From Candidatus Pacearchaeota archaeon (lineage in GTDB: Archaea > Nanobdellota > Nanobdellia > Pacearchaeales > GW2011-AR1), in the NCBI GenBank assembly GCA_042218235.1, contig JBDGRI010000036.1, positions 1-54,512 on the forward strand: a stretch of 54,512 bases of DNA. The letters run 5' to 3'. A model generated the notes under the pieces. It made no database searches, was not told the DNA's origin, and was given only the letters and a program-made list of their open reading frames with translations. This document shows, one piece after another, positions 16,307-26,900 of the stretch (position 1 is its first letter; each line of letters opens with the position of its first letter). A program made the translations under genes and the position numbers.

Positions 16307-18859
16307 ATGGAACAAGAATTAAAACAACTAACAAACTTAGATCTTCAAGAAAACCAATTGAAAGTAATTAGAGATAAATACCTAAAGAATTCTCCTACAG
16401 TTGAGGACTGGCTAAAGAATGTTTGCCATAACATTTCCCTTTCAGAAATTCTCCACTCAGATAAAGTGAGCGAAGAAGAAATTTTCGAAGGAGTCAATTA
16501 TGAAAAAGTACCTTATGAATCGAAAGGCGAAACAAAGCACATGTATCTACTTCACAAGGGGCTTGAAACCCAAAGCGAGATGCATGGAAACTTCAAGAAA
16601 TTTGTTCAAAATCTAGAAAATATTGCTTACAAGTATCCCGAAATAATCTCTGAAACAGAAGAAGATTTTTACGAACTACTTTCTAACTTCAAGTTCCTTC
16701 CAAACTCTCCGACTTTGATGAATGCTGGAAGAGACTTACAGCAACTTAGTGCTTGTTATGTTCTTCCGGTTGAAGACTCTATTGAAAACATATACGAATC
16801 TGTTAAAAACATGGCGCTAATACACAAAAGCGGAGGGGGAACAGGATTTTCGTTCTCAAACTTAAGGCCTTCCGGCGATGCTGTTAAAACCACCAAGGGT
16901 GTTTCCTCGGGCCCTGTTTCTTTCATGCAAATTTTCGATAAATCTACAGACGTTGTAAAACAAGGAGGTACTCGAAGAGGAGCAAATATGGGAATTTTAC
17001 ACTATAATCACCCAAACATAAAAGACTTCATTGAAATGAAGAAGGAACAAGGAATTATGGAAAATTTCAATGTTTCTGTTACAATCGACCAAGATTTCAT
17101 TAAAGCGGTTAAAAACAATGAAGAATATAATTTGGTTAACCCGAGAACAGGAAACATCGAAGGCACTCAAAATGCGAAGGAGCTCTGGGACATGTTAGTT
17201 AAAGGAGCCTGGGAAACGGGAGATCCGGGAGTAATAGTTATAGATAGAATAAACCAAACCGGCAGTAATGCGACCCCTCATTTGGGAGAAATTTCTGCTA
17301 CAAATCCTTGCGGAGAACAACCTCTACTTCCTTACGAGCCTTGTAATCTAGGTTCAATAAATCTTTCTAAATTCGTTAAAGAAGACGGAGGTGACTTTGA
17401 TTACGATGAACTTAAAGACACTGTTTACAAATGTACTAGGTTCCTAGATGACGTAATTGACATTAACTCTTATCCGATAAGGAAGATAGAAGAAATGGCT
17501 AAGAAGAGTAGAAGAATTGGTCTAGGAGTTATGGGATGGGCAGAAGCATTGGTTCAATTAGGAATTCCTTATGGTTCTCAAGAGGCATTAAATAAAGCAG
17601 AAGAAGTAATGAAGTTCATAAACATGAGTTGCATGAAGGCTTCCGAAGAGCTTGCTGACGAAAGAGGCATCTTTCCTGCTTGGAAAGGTTCTATTTACGA
17701 TAAAGATAGCAAATACTTTAGAGGGCAAGAGTTCTTCCCTCGACATTCAGCTAGAACAACGATTGCTCCGACAGGAACAATTGCAATAACTGCGGGCCTC
17801 CAAGGCTCTGGAATAGAACCTTTCTTCGCCGTAGCATATGTTAGATATAATGCGGCAGGAATTGATGCATTGAAAAAAGGAGAAACACCCAGAGAAGAAG
17901 ATACCTTCTTTGAAGTGAATCCTTATTTCGAGCAAGTTGCACAAAAGCATAATTACTTTGGATTGCAAAAAGAAGAACTCTACCAAAAGATAAATGACAA
18001 TCATAAGTCAGTACAAGGAATAGAAGAAATTCCTGAAGAAATCCAGAAACTTTTCAAGACATCTCACGATCTGACTCCAGAGGACCACGTTTTAATCCAA
18101 TGTGCTTTCCAAAAATACACAGATAACGCGGTTTCAAAGACAGTGAATTTGAAGAATGAGGCAACAGTCAAAGATGTTGAAGATGTTTACATGCTCGCTT
18201 ATGAAAATGGTGCTAAAGGAATTACTATTTACAGGGATGGTAGCAAGAACTTCCAGATTTTGAACGTTAGTGAAAAGAAGCAAGAAAAAGAGTCTGACAG
18301 CCAAGGAGAAAAGCAAAAGACCGAACAAAAGCAACAACAAATTGCCCAAAGAAGAGAAGGCGGTAGAGAGGAAATCGCAGACTATTACAAGATAGATACT
18401 GGTCATGGCCCCGTACATATACACATAAACTATGATGACATTGGGCCTACTCAGATATTTGCAAATATATCTCCGACCGGAACAGAAATTTCGGGTTTAA
18501 CGAGTGCTTTGGCGATTGTTTTATCAAAATACTTTGAACTTGGAGGGGACCCTAAGAGAATATTGAAACACTTAAACTCGATTAAGTCTGAAAAGCCGTT
18601 TGGTTTCGGTAAAAACAGGATCGACTCTATACCGCACGCAATTTCAACAGCTTTGAAGAAACATTTGAAAAAGACTGGAAAAATTCAGTCAATGGACGAA
18701 CAGACTGACCCAAACAGCTCTGCTAACACCCAAGATAACCAGGCAGAGGAGCCGAATTCAAACATGTATTGTCCTCAATGTTATAGTGCTAATGTAGGAA
18801 TGGTTGCCGGATGTCCCGAGCCAACCTGTTTTGATTGCGGTTATTCCAAATGTAGCTAA
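16307..18859 (+). CDS. nrdJ: adenosylcobalamin-dependent (class II) ribonucleotide reductase
   Basis: LPNSPTLMNAG, NPCGEQPL, TIYRDGSK, a TSCPD-like C-terminal module and a terminal CxxC...CxxC Zn finger. ATG 16307 is preferred over the TTG at 16274. Confidence 0.93.
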   Translation: MEQELKQLTNLDLQENQLKVIRDKYLKNSPTVEDWLKNVCHNISLSEILHSDKVSEEEIFEGVNYEKVPYESKGETKHMYLLHKGLETQSEMHGNFKKFVQNLENIAYKYPEIISETEEDFYELLSNFKFLPNSPTLMNAGRDLQQLSACYVLPVEDSIENIYESVKNMALIHKSGGGTGFSFSNLRPSGDAVKTTKGVSSGPVSFMQIFDKSTDVVKQGGTRRGANMGILHYNHPNIKDFIEMKKEQGIMENFNVSVTIDQDFIKAVKNNEEYNLVNPRTGNIEGTQNAKELWDMLVKGAWETGDPGVIVIDRINQTGSNATPHLGEISATNPCGEQPLLPYEPCNLGSINLSKFVKEDGGDFDYDELKDTVYKCTRFLDDVIDINSYPIRKIEEMAKKSRRIGLGVMGWAEALVQLGIPYGSQEALNKAEEVMKFINMSCMKASEELADERGIFPAWKGSIYDKDSKYFRGQEFFPRHSARTTIAPTGTIAITAGLQGSGIEPFFAVAYVRYNAAGIDALKKGETPREEDTFFEVNPYFEQVAQKHNYFGLQKEELYQKINDNHKSVQGIEEIPEEIQKLFKTSHDLTPEDHVLIQCAFQKYTDNAVSKTVNLKNEATVKDVEDVYMLAYENGAKGITIYRDGSKNFQILNVSEKKQEKESDSQGEKQKTEQKQQQIAQRREGGREEIADYYKIDTGHGPVHIHINYDDIGPTQIFANISPTGTEISGLTSALAIVLSKYFELGGDPKRILKHLNSIKSEKPFGFGKNRIDSIPHAISTALKKHLKKTGKIQSMDEQTDPNSSANTQDNQAEEPNSNMYCPQCYSANVGMVAGCPEPTCFDCGYSKCS

Positions 18860-18865
18860 TAGAAA

Positions 18866-19147
18866 ATGATTCTTTGGTTATTTGCTGTTTTGGACGTGCT
18901 TGTTTTGTTTTCGATAACTACTGCACATTTTGATTTACTTTTTATGCCAATTCTTCTTGGAATTTCAGCAGCCTATCTTGTGATCAAAGGAATTATCTTC
19001 TTTGGTAGCTTTTCTGCAATTGTCGAAATGGTTTTTGGTGTTTATATCGGTGCGATGGCGATATTCGGGTTTTCTACTGTGGCCTTTTACTTGATTTTCG
19101 TTTGGATGACTGCAAAACTTTTAATGACGATTTCGGCCGAAACATAA
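18866..19147 (+). CDS. small three-TM membrane protein (hypothetical)
   Basis: 93-aa hydrophobic ORF packed between nrdJ (6-nt gap) and dcd. Confidence 0.6.
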   Translation: MILWLFAVLDVLVLFSITTAHFDLLFMPILLGISAAYLVIKGIIFFGSFSAIVEMVFGVYIGAMAIFGFSTVAFYLIFVWMTAKLLMTISAET

Positions 19148-19177
19148 GTTTATAAAATTTGTAATCTCTATAAAGTC

Positions 19178-19750
19178 ATGATTTTAAGTGATAAAACATT
19201 AAAGGAGAAAGTGGACTCTGGCAAAATAGAAATAGAGCCATTTGATCCTCAAAACCTTCAGCCTGCTAGTTATGATTTACATTTGGACAGAAAGTTCAAG
19301 GTTTTCAAGCACCATAAGACAGAGGTCATTGACACCAAAAAACCTGTTGAAGGACTTATGGAAAGCATTGATATAGGAGAAGGAGAACCGTTTGTTTTGC
19401 ACCCTGGAAATTTTGCACTTGCATTAATTAAAGAAAGAACAGGTGTTGACTCTAAGCATGTGGGCAGGCTAGAAGGAAAGAGTTCGCTTGCGCGTTTAGG
19501 GCTTATAGTCCACACTACTGCTGGTTTTTTGGATCCTGGAAACAAAATCAAAATGACCTTAGAGCTTTACAATACAAGCCCTTTACCAATTAAGCTATAC
19601 CCTGGAATGAAAATTGCCCAGATGGCATTTGAGGAAATCAGTTCTGAATGCGAAAACCCTTACGGTTCTGAAGAACTCAATAGCAAATATTACGGCTCTG
19701 AAGATGTTGAAGAAAGCAAAATGCACCTCAACTTTAAAGACAAAGGATAA
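19178..19750 (+). CDS. dcd: dCTP deaminase (dUTPase superfamily)
   Basis: MILSDKTLKE...IEPFDPQNLQPASYDLHL...GRLEGKSSLARLGL is typical Dcd. Confidence 0.9.
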   Translation: MILSDKTLKEKVDSGKIEIEPFDPQNLQPASYDLHLDRKFKVFKHHKTEVIDTKKPVEGLMESIDIGEGEPFVLHPGNFALALIKERTGVDSKHVGRLEGKSSLARLGLIVHTTAGFLDPGNKIKMTLELYNTSPLPIKLYPGMKIAQMAFEEISSECENPYGSEELNSKYYGSEDVEESKMHLNFKDKG

Positions 19751-19781
19751 TTTTATAAACTAAAATTTTTGGTAATAAAAT

Positions 19782-20093
19782 ATGGTAGAAGAGCTATCTC
19801 CCAATAATTTCAGTGATTTCATAAAGGAAGGAACCGTTCTTATAGATTTCTATGCTGACTGGTGTATGCCATGTGTTATGATGAGTCCGATTGTGGATGA
19901 AATGGCCAAAAAATTTGAAGGCAAAGCAAAAGTCGGCAAGGTTAATGTTGATGATAACCAAGAATTGGCCCAAAAGTACGGTGTTAGTTCGATACCTAAC
20001 TTCATAATTTTCAAGAATGGAGAAATAGCTGAAAGTTTTAATGGTTCGATGTCTGAAGAAGAAATGGAAGAAAAGATCCAACAACATCTTTAA
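19782..20093 (+). CDS. trxA: thioredoxin
   Basis: 103 aa, thioredoxin fold, active site WCMPC (canonical is WCGPC), VSSIPNFIIFKNGE. Confidence 0.88.
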   Translation: MVEELSPNNFSDFIKEGTVLIDFYADWCMPCVMMSPIVDEMAKKFEGKAKVGKVNVDDNQELAQKYGVSSIPNFIIFKNGEIAESFNGSMSEEEMEEKIQQHL

Positions 20094-20262
20094 TTTCTTG
20101 GTTAAAATTGCAAAAACATTTAAAACCTCGAAAAATAATTATTCTTTATAAAAGCGGTCTCGCTTGTCCCTGCCTATATAAGACATTATTCAAGTGGCTC
20201 TATTTTGGCTTTCTTAGTGAAGCGAAGAAAGACGAAATAGCGGGCTTAAAGCCTCGCTTTAA

Positions 20263-20337
20263 GGCTCCGTAGCTCAGCCTGGCCAGAGCACTAGGCTTTT
20301 AACCTAGGCGTCGTGGGTTCAAATCCCACCGGGGCCG
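20263..20337 (+). tRNA. tRNA-Lys (anticodon UUU), no encoded CCA, no intron
   Basis: Hand-folded cloverleaf. Acceptor GGCUCCG/CGGGGCC (one G-U pair), D stem GCUC/GAGC, anticodon stem CUAGG/CCUAG with loop CUUUUAA, T arm GUGGG-UUCAAAU-CCCAC, discriminator G. Confidence 0.93.
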
Positions 20338-20437
20338 CTTTATTACCTTAACAAGAGCAAGAATGAAAAAATTTAAAAACCGTCTTTAATCGTTTTAATT
20401 ATCTATCCGCTCGTAAAACCCTTTTATACTATAAACA

Positions 20438-20659
20438 ATGCATGCACTACAACCCAAACACACGAAATTAAGTGAAGAAGAAGCTGAAAAAGTTCTAAAT
20501 GAATTAAAGATTTCTAGGATCCAACTGCCAAAGATTCTTTTAAAGGATCCTGGTCTTCCAGAAGGTTGCGAAAAGGGAGACGTGATAAAAATAGAGCGGA
20601 AAAAAGAAGGAAATAAAAAAGAAATTTACTATAGAGTTGTAGTAGGAGGCGAAGAATGA
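20438..20659 (+). CDS. rpoH: DNA-directed RNA polymerase subunit H (Rpo5)
   Basis: 73 aa: HALQPKHTKLSEEEAEKVLNELKISRIQLPKILLKDP...GDVIKIERK...YYRVVV. Overlaps the rpoB start by 4 nt. Confidence 0.9.
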   Translation: MHALQPKHTKLSEEEAEKVLNELKISRIQLPKILLKDPGLPEGCEKGDVIKIERKKEGNKKEIYYRVVVGGEE

Positions 20660-23600
20660 AAAACGATCACATAATTGTTAACAATTACTTAAAAAACCAA
20701 TCGATTGTACAATCTAACATAACTTCTTTCAATAACTTTATCGAATATAGGCTGCCTAAAATTGTAGAGGAAATCAATGAATCCATTCAAGCAGACGAAG
20801 AATTCCAAGTAAAACTAGGAAAAATTAATGTCGAAAAACCTAGAATTGTTGAGGCTGACGGTAGTTCTTCTTTACTAACACCTAATGAAGCAAGAATGAG
20901 AAACATAACTTATTCTGCTCCAATTACTCTAGAATTGACAGTCAAAAGAGGCGAACAAATCGATACTGAGACTGTTGAAATAGGAAAAATGCCTATCATG
21001 GTAAAGAGCAATGCATGTAACACTGCAGACATGTCTAGAGAAGAACTTATCAAGAACAATGACGATCCTAAAGATCCAGGAGGATATTTTATTGTCAAAG
21101 GTACTGAAAGAGTAATGACTATGGCTGAAGATTTGGCCGAAAACCAATTTGTCATTGAACCAAACAAAGAAGGAACCCTTTTGCTAAAGATTTTCTCTTT
21201 GAAAGGAACTTATAGAATTCCAATAACACTTAATGAAAACAAAGAAGGACTTTTCAATGTAACCTTCAGTAGATTTAGAGATATTCCTGCAGTAGTGCTC
21301 TTAAAGGCGCTAGGAATGACCAAGGAATCGGACATTGCTAAATACATCGGGATAGAAAACGACAGCGTTTTAGTTAATCTTTACGAGTTTACTGATCTTG
21401 CTACTCAAGAAGACGCTTTAATGCATATTGCAAAACAATCTAACATTCAAGGAGAAGACAAAGAGGTTATGGACAGAGTAAAATCCAGAATCGACTCTTA
21501 TTTCTTGCCACACATGGGACAATCTGAAGGAAATAGAGAGAAGAAAGCAATCACTCTTTGTAAGATGATGAAACAATACTTCATGGCTAAAGAAAACCCA
21601 GAATTACAAACTGATAAAGATCATTATGCTAACAAAAGAGTAAGGCTTTCCGGAGATCTTCTAGCTTCTCTATTCAGAGTTAACTTGGGAATCTTGGTAA
21701 GAGATGTTCAATACTCTCTACAAAAATCCGTAAAACGAAAGAACCAATTCTCAATAAAGGTTTTGGCTAAATCAACTTTGTTCTCACATAGAATCGAATC
21801 TGCTATCGCGACCGGAGTTTGGACAGGTGAAAGAAGCGGAATTACTCAGAACATGGACAAAACCAATTATCTGGCAATAATTTCACAACTTCAAAAAGTA
21901 TCTAGTATGCTTCCTTCAGACCAAGAAAACTTTAGAGCAAGAACTTTGCATCCAACCCACTATGGAAGATTCTGCCCTATTGAAACTCCAGAAGGTCCAG
22001 AGATTGGTTTGAGGAAGAATTTGGCTTTAATGAGTAGAATTTCAACAATGACTCAAAAAACAGAAGAGGAAATTGTCAATGACTTGAAGGAAGAAGGGCT
22101 TCAACAAGAATCCGAGGAAGGAAATGATGTTATTATGAATGGTAAATTTATTGGAACTGTTGATGATTATCAACAATTTACTGAAAAGGTAAAAGAAAAG
22201 AGAAGAGAAGGAGAACTTCCAGAAGAATTAAGTGTTAGGAGCGATGATGGTTTCAAGAACGTGGTAATTTCTACCGAGCCAGGAAGAGTAATGAGGCCTG
22301 TTATTGTCGTAGAAAACGGGCAACCGAAAATTACCGACAACCACCTAGTACAAATACAGCAAGGAGAATTGAACTGGCAAGACTTGCTTGACAAAAAATT
22401 CATCGAATATTTGGATGCTTCAGAAGAAGAAAACACTCTTGTAGCAATGTATCAAGAAGAACTGACTCCTGAACACACTCACCTAGAAATTGACCCAAGC
22501 AGCGTCTTCGGAACTGTTACAAGCCTGGTTCCTTACGGTAACCATAACCAGAGTTCTAGGCTAAACAGAGGTAGTAAGACAAAGAAACAGTCTTTGGGAC
22601 TTTATGCCGCAAACTATCATTCGAGACTTGACACAGATGTGAGCGTTATGGAATACCCTCAAAAGCCAATTGTAAAAAGCTTTATTGAAGACTCTTTGGA
22701 CATCTACCCTGCTGGACAAAACTTGATTGTAGCAGTTATGGGTTACGAAGGTTACAATATGGAAGATGCTCTAGTTTTCAACAAAGGAAGTATTGACAGA
22801 GGAGTGGGAAGAAGCTTCTATTACAGGCCATACTCGGCTGTAGAAATGCAATACCAAGGAGGACTTCAAGACGAAATCCAAATTCCTGACAAAGACACTG
22901 TAGGATATAGAAGTGAGGAACTTTACGAGCATCTAGAAAGTGACGGAATGGTCTCTCCTGAATCGGAAGTTAATGAAAGAGACGTTCTTATAGGAAAAGT
23001 TTCTCCTCCAAAATTCCTTTCAGAAGCAAGAGACATTTCAATAAAGACAAAGAAAGAATCAAGCGTTACTGTTAGACAAGAGGAAAAAGGGGTTGTAGAC
23101 AACGTTTTCATAACCGAGGACAATGAAGGAAACAGAATTGTCAGGGCAAAAACGAGAGATTATAGCATCCCTGAAATAGGCGATAAGTATTCGACTACTC
23201 ATGGTCAGAAAGGCATAATTGGTACGATAATCCCTGAAGAGGACGTTCCATTTACTGCAACTGGCACAAGACCAGATGTACTGTTCAATCCTCACGGTAT
23301 TCCAAGTCGTATGACAATGGGTTACTTGTTGGAACTTCTTTCTGGAAAAGTAGGCTCATTGAGTGGAGAAGTTGTTGACGGAACTCCATTCTCAGGTTCA
23401 ACAAAAGACCAACTAGAAGACCAACTAAGAGACCTTGGTTTCAGATTTGACGGCAAAGAATCGATGTATCATGGAATAACAGGAAAGAAGATGGACTCTA
23501 AAATATTTGTAGGAAACCTCCACTACTTGAAGCTAAAATACATGGTAAAGAACAAGATGCACGGAAGGGCTTCCGGAAAGGTTGCTTTGCTAACCAGGCA

Positions 23601-23910
23601 GCCTATCGAAGGACGTGCACGTGGCGGTGCCTTAAGATTAGGAGAAATGGAACAGCAAGCACTTGTAGCCCACGGAGCTTCGCTATTATTGAAAGAAAGA
23701 TATGACTCAGATAAGACTACTCTACCAATCTGTACAAGATGCGGTTCGGTTGCTGTAGAGAACAAAATGAAGAAAAAGACATCTTGCCCTAGATGCGGAG
23801 GAGAAGAGGTAGAACCTATAGAAGTTTCATACGCGTTCAAATTGCTAACTGAAGAACTTCAGGGATTACATATAAATACCACGTTCGACCTAAAGAACAA
23901 ATACGAATAA
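20656..23910 (+). CDS. rpoB: DNA-directed RNA polymerase subunit B (unsplit)
   Basis: 1084 aa. GDKYSTTHGQKG, NPHGIPSRMTMG, GEMEQQALVAHGAS, C-terminal Zn ribbon CTRCG...CPRCGG. Confidence 0.97.
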   Translation: MKNDHIIVNNYLKNQSIVQSNITSFNNFIEYRLPKIVEEINESIQADEEFQVKLGKINVEKPRIVEADGSSSLLTPNEARMRNITYSAPITLELTVKRGEQIDTETVEIGKMPIMVKSNACNTADMSREELIKNNDDPKDPGGYFIVKGTERVMTMAEDLAENQFVIEPNKEGTLLLKIFSLKGTYRIPITLNENKEGLFNVTFSRFRDIPAVVLLKALGMTKESDIAKYIGIENDSVLVNLYEFTDLATQEDALMHIAKQSNIQGEDKEVMDRVKSRIDSYFLPHMGQSEGNREKKAITLCKMMKQYFMAKENPELQTDKDHYANKRVRLSGDLLASLFRVNLGILVRDVQYSLQKSVKRKNQFSIKVLAKSTLFSHRIESAIATGVWTGERSGITQNMDKTNYLAIISQLQKVSSMLPSDQENFRARTLHPTHYGRFCPIETPEGPEIGLRKNLALMSRISTMTQKTEEEIVNDLKEEGLQQESEEGNDVIMNGKFIGTVDDYQQFTEKVKEKRREGELPEELSVRSDDGFKNVVISTEPGRVMRPVIVVENGQPKITDNHLVQIQQGELNWQDLLDKKFIEYLDASEEENTLVAMYQEELTPEHTHLEIDPSSVFGTVTSLVPYGNHNQSSRLNRGSKTKKQSLGLYAANYHSRLDTDVSVMEYPQKPIVKSFIEDSLDIYPAGQNLIVAVMGYEGYNMEDALVFNKGSIDRGVGRSFYYRPYSAVEMQYQGGLQDEIQIPDKDTVGYRSEELYEHLESDGMVSPESEVNERDVLIGKVSPPKFLSEARDISIKTKKESSVTVRQEEKGVVDNVFITEDNEGNRIVRAKTRDYSIPEIGDKYSTTHGQKGIIGTIIPEEDVPFTATGTRPDVLFNPHGIPSRMTMGYLLELLSGKVGSLSGEVVDGTPFSGSTKDQLEDQLRDLGFRFDGKESMYHGITGKKMDSKIFVGNLHYLKLKYMVKNKMHGRASGKVALLTRQPIEGRARGGALRLGEMEQQALVAHGASLLLKERYDSDKTTLPICTRCGSVAVENKMKKKTSCPRCGGEEVEPIEVSYAFKLLTEELQGLHINTTFDLKNKYE

Positions 23911-23979
23911 AATGAGCCACCAAAATAAATTTTGTGCCTTGCGTTTCCTCTTTTCTAAGAGGAAAACCTAAAATAGAAA

Positions 23980-26900
23980 ATGAACAGACCAAAGCCAGTT
24001 ACAAAAAAGATAGATAAGATAAACTTTAATTTACTTAGCCCTGAGCAAATCAAGAACCTTTCTCAGGCAAAAGTAGTTACGCCTGAACTATACGACATTG
24101 ATGGCTATCCAGTAGATGGCGGATTAATGGACTTAAGAATGGGTGCTGTAGACCCTGGAGTAAGGTGTAGGACTTGTGCTGGAACATTGAAAGACTGTGT
24201 TGGACATCCCGGAAGTATAGATTTGGCTAGGCCAGTTATTCACTTAAAATACATTTCCTTGATTGAATTGGGGTTGAGGGGGTTCTGTCAAGAATGTAAT
24301 AAATTAATGGTTTCTGAGAAAGATTTGGAGAAATATCCTTCTCACACAAAGAGAGCCAAGAAAGCTAAGAACGTTAAGAAATGTCCGTACTGTGCTACAA
24401 CACAAGAAAGAATCAAACTAGAAAAGCCAACTAATTTCTATAGAGGAAAAACTAGAATTTACCCTACTGAAATAAGAGAATTGTTAACAAAAGTTCCAGA
24501 CGAGGAACTAGAAAAAATTGGAGTAAATCCTCAAACCGCTCGACCTGAATGGGCGATTATGACAACTCTTTTGGTTCCTCCTGTAACAGTTAGGCCTAGT
24601 ATTATCTTGGAAACAGGAGAAAGAAGCGAAGACGATTTAACGCACAAACTTTCAGACATAATCAGAGCAAACCAAAGACTTTGGGAGAACCTAAATGCAG
24701 GAGCTCCGGAAGTAATTGTCGAGGATCTTTGGGACTTGCTTCAATTCCACGTTACAACATTCTTTGATAATACAACTGCAAAAGTTCCGCCAGCAAGACA
24801 CAGAAGCGGTCAACCCCTGAAAACAATCACAAGCAGAATCAAGGGTAAAGAAGGAAGAATTAGAAAAAATATTGCTGGTAAGAGAGTTAATTTCTCTGGT
24901 AGAACGGTTATTTCTCCTGAACCTTATATGGACATTAATGAAGTAGGGGTTCCTGAGGAATTGGCCAAAGTAGTAACTACTGCAGAAACTGTTACTGACT
25001 TGAACATTGAAAAAGCCAAAAAGTTGATTGAGCAGGGAAGAGAATATCCTGGAGCCAACTATGTTATAAGGCCTGACGGTAGAAGGAAGAAAATTACTTC
25101 GGACCTTAAGGAAGAAATAATTAATGAAATTGAGCCAGGATACATAGTTGAGAGGCACCTTGTCGATGGGGACATAATTTTGTTCAATAGACAGCCAAGT
25201 CTTCACAAAGGAAGCCTAATGTCCCATTATGTAAGAATCCTTCCAGGTAAAACACTAAGGGTCCATCCTTCAGTGTGCCCTCCATATGGTGCCGATTTCG
25301 ACGGGGACGAAATGAATATACACGTACCTCAAAACGAAGAAGCTAAAGCGGAGGCAAAAGCTCTTCTAGATGTAAAACAAAACTTAATGTCTCCAAAAAA
25401 TGGAACAAACTTTGTTGGGTGTATTAAAGATGCTATAACGGGAGATTATCTTGTTAGTCTTGCTGAATTCAGTAGAGAAGAAGCAAGTCAGCTATTATTC
25501 CAAGCAGGCAAAGAACTGAGTTCAACTAAAAAGAAAATCTCAGGTAAGGAATTGCTTTCAGAAATCTTGCCTAAGGAAACGAACTTCTCAAATAACTCTG
25601 TTGAAGTTAAAGACGGAAAAATACAAAGCGGAGTAATAGATAAATCTTGCTTTGCTGATGAGGACGGAGAACTAATAGCAGAAATAGATAAGTCTGCTGG
25701 AAGAGATGAAACATTCAATTCAATTGATAAAGCATTTAAGATAGGCAACCAATATGCTACTGAATATGGTGTTACTGCTTCTGCTGAAGACTTCAAGTTA
25801 GATGAAAGTGTTATGAATGAAAGAGATAAAGAGATTAAGAAAGCAAAGAAAAAGACACAAGAAATCATTGATTCTTATCAAAAAGGAGAACTAGAGCCTC
25901 TTCCAGGAAAGAGCCTAGAAGAATCAAGAGAGATAAAGATTCTTCAAACCCTTAACGAAGTAAGGACTAACATAGGCCAAATCGTAAAGGAGAAATTCCC
26001 CGAAGATAACGTTGTAAACAAGATGATCCAATCCGGAGGCGGAGGAAACATGCTTAGTATCACGCAGATTTCTTGTTGTGTAGGGCAGCAGGCTCTATGG
26101 GGAGGAAGAGTAGACATAGGATACTCAGGAAGAACCTTGCCATTCTTCAAGAAAGACGATCTTTCTCCGGAAGCTAAAGGATTTATTAAGAATTCCTTTA
26201 TGGAAGGGTTAAGGCCAGAAGAGTTTTTCTTTAGTTCAATGGTAGGACGAGATTCTCTGATGGACGTGGCTTTGAGAACTCCTAAATCGGGTTACTTATA
26301 TAGAAGATTAGCCAATGCATTCCAGGACTTTAGGTCAGAATATGATGGCACCGTAAGAGATAGTAACAATAACATCATACAATTCCAATATGGGGGAGAC
26401 AACAAAGATGTTTCTAACCAACACACGGATAAAAATGTAGCTCCGGGCGAAGGGCTCGGACTGATTGCTGCACAATCTTTCGGTGAATCAGCTACTCAGA
26501 TGACTCTGGACGTATTCCACTTCGCAGGAGTTTCTGAAATGCAGGTTACTATGGGTCTAGCGAGAATGATTGAAATCTTTGACGCGAGAAAGAAGCCTTC
26601 TTCGCCAAAAATGGAGATTTACTTAAACAAGGACTACAATGATGAAAAGAATGCAGAATTATTTGCCGAAAATCTTAAGGAAGTAAGGCTAAAAGAAATA
26701 GCCTCGGAAATTGCAATAGACTTCAATAGTAAGAAGTTGGACATCAAGATAGATAACAAATCTCTTGGGCAAACACATACAACAGTAAAGAAAGTTGTTG
26801 ACAGGCTTAATGAAATGAAATACAGTGCAAAGGACGAAGGCAAGAACCACATAGGAATTTCCGTTTCAGAAAGTTCTTTCAGAGAAATCTATAAAATAAA

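Noticed and set aside
16307-18859. Inteins in nrdJ, rpoA, infB, rtcB or fusA (common archaeal intein hosts)
   Set aside because: Conserved motifs are contiguous and protein lengths are at or below family norms. No Cys/Ser...HN splice-junction blocks or homing-endonuclease insertions were seen.
20094-20262. Integrated element at tRNA-Lys
   Set aside because: No integrase, no direct repeat of the tRNA 3' end, and the flanks are core genes (trx, rpoH). Only a TATA-like CTATATAAG and weak hairpins lie upstream.
24691-25206. Long antisense ORFs inside rpoA. Similar cases: 9052-9564 in the flavoprotein gene, 34588-35082 in tuf, 37696-38076 in dnaG, 4006-4422 in infB.
   Set aside because: All lie fully inside strongly supported conserved genes and have low-complexity or Cys/Phe/Ser-rich translations typical of shadow frames.
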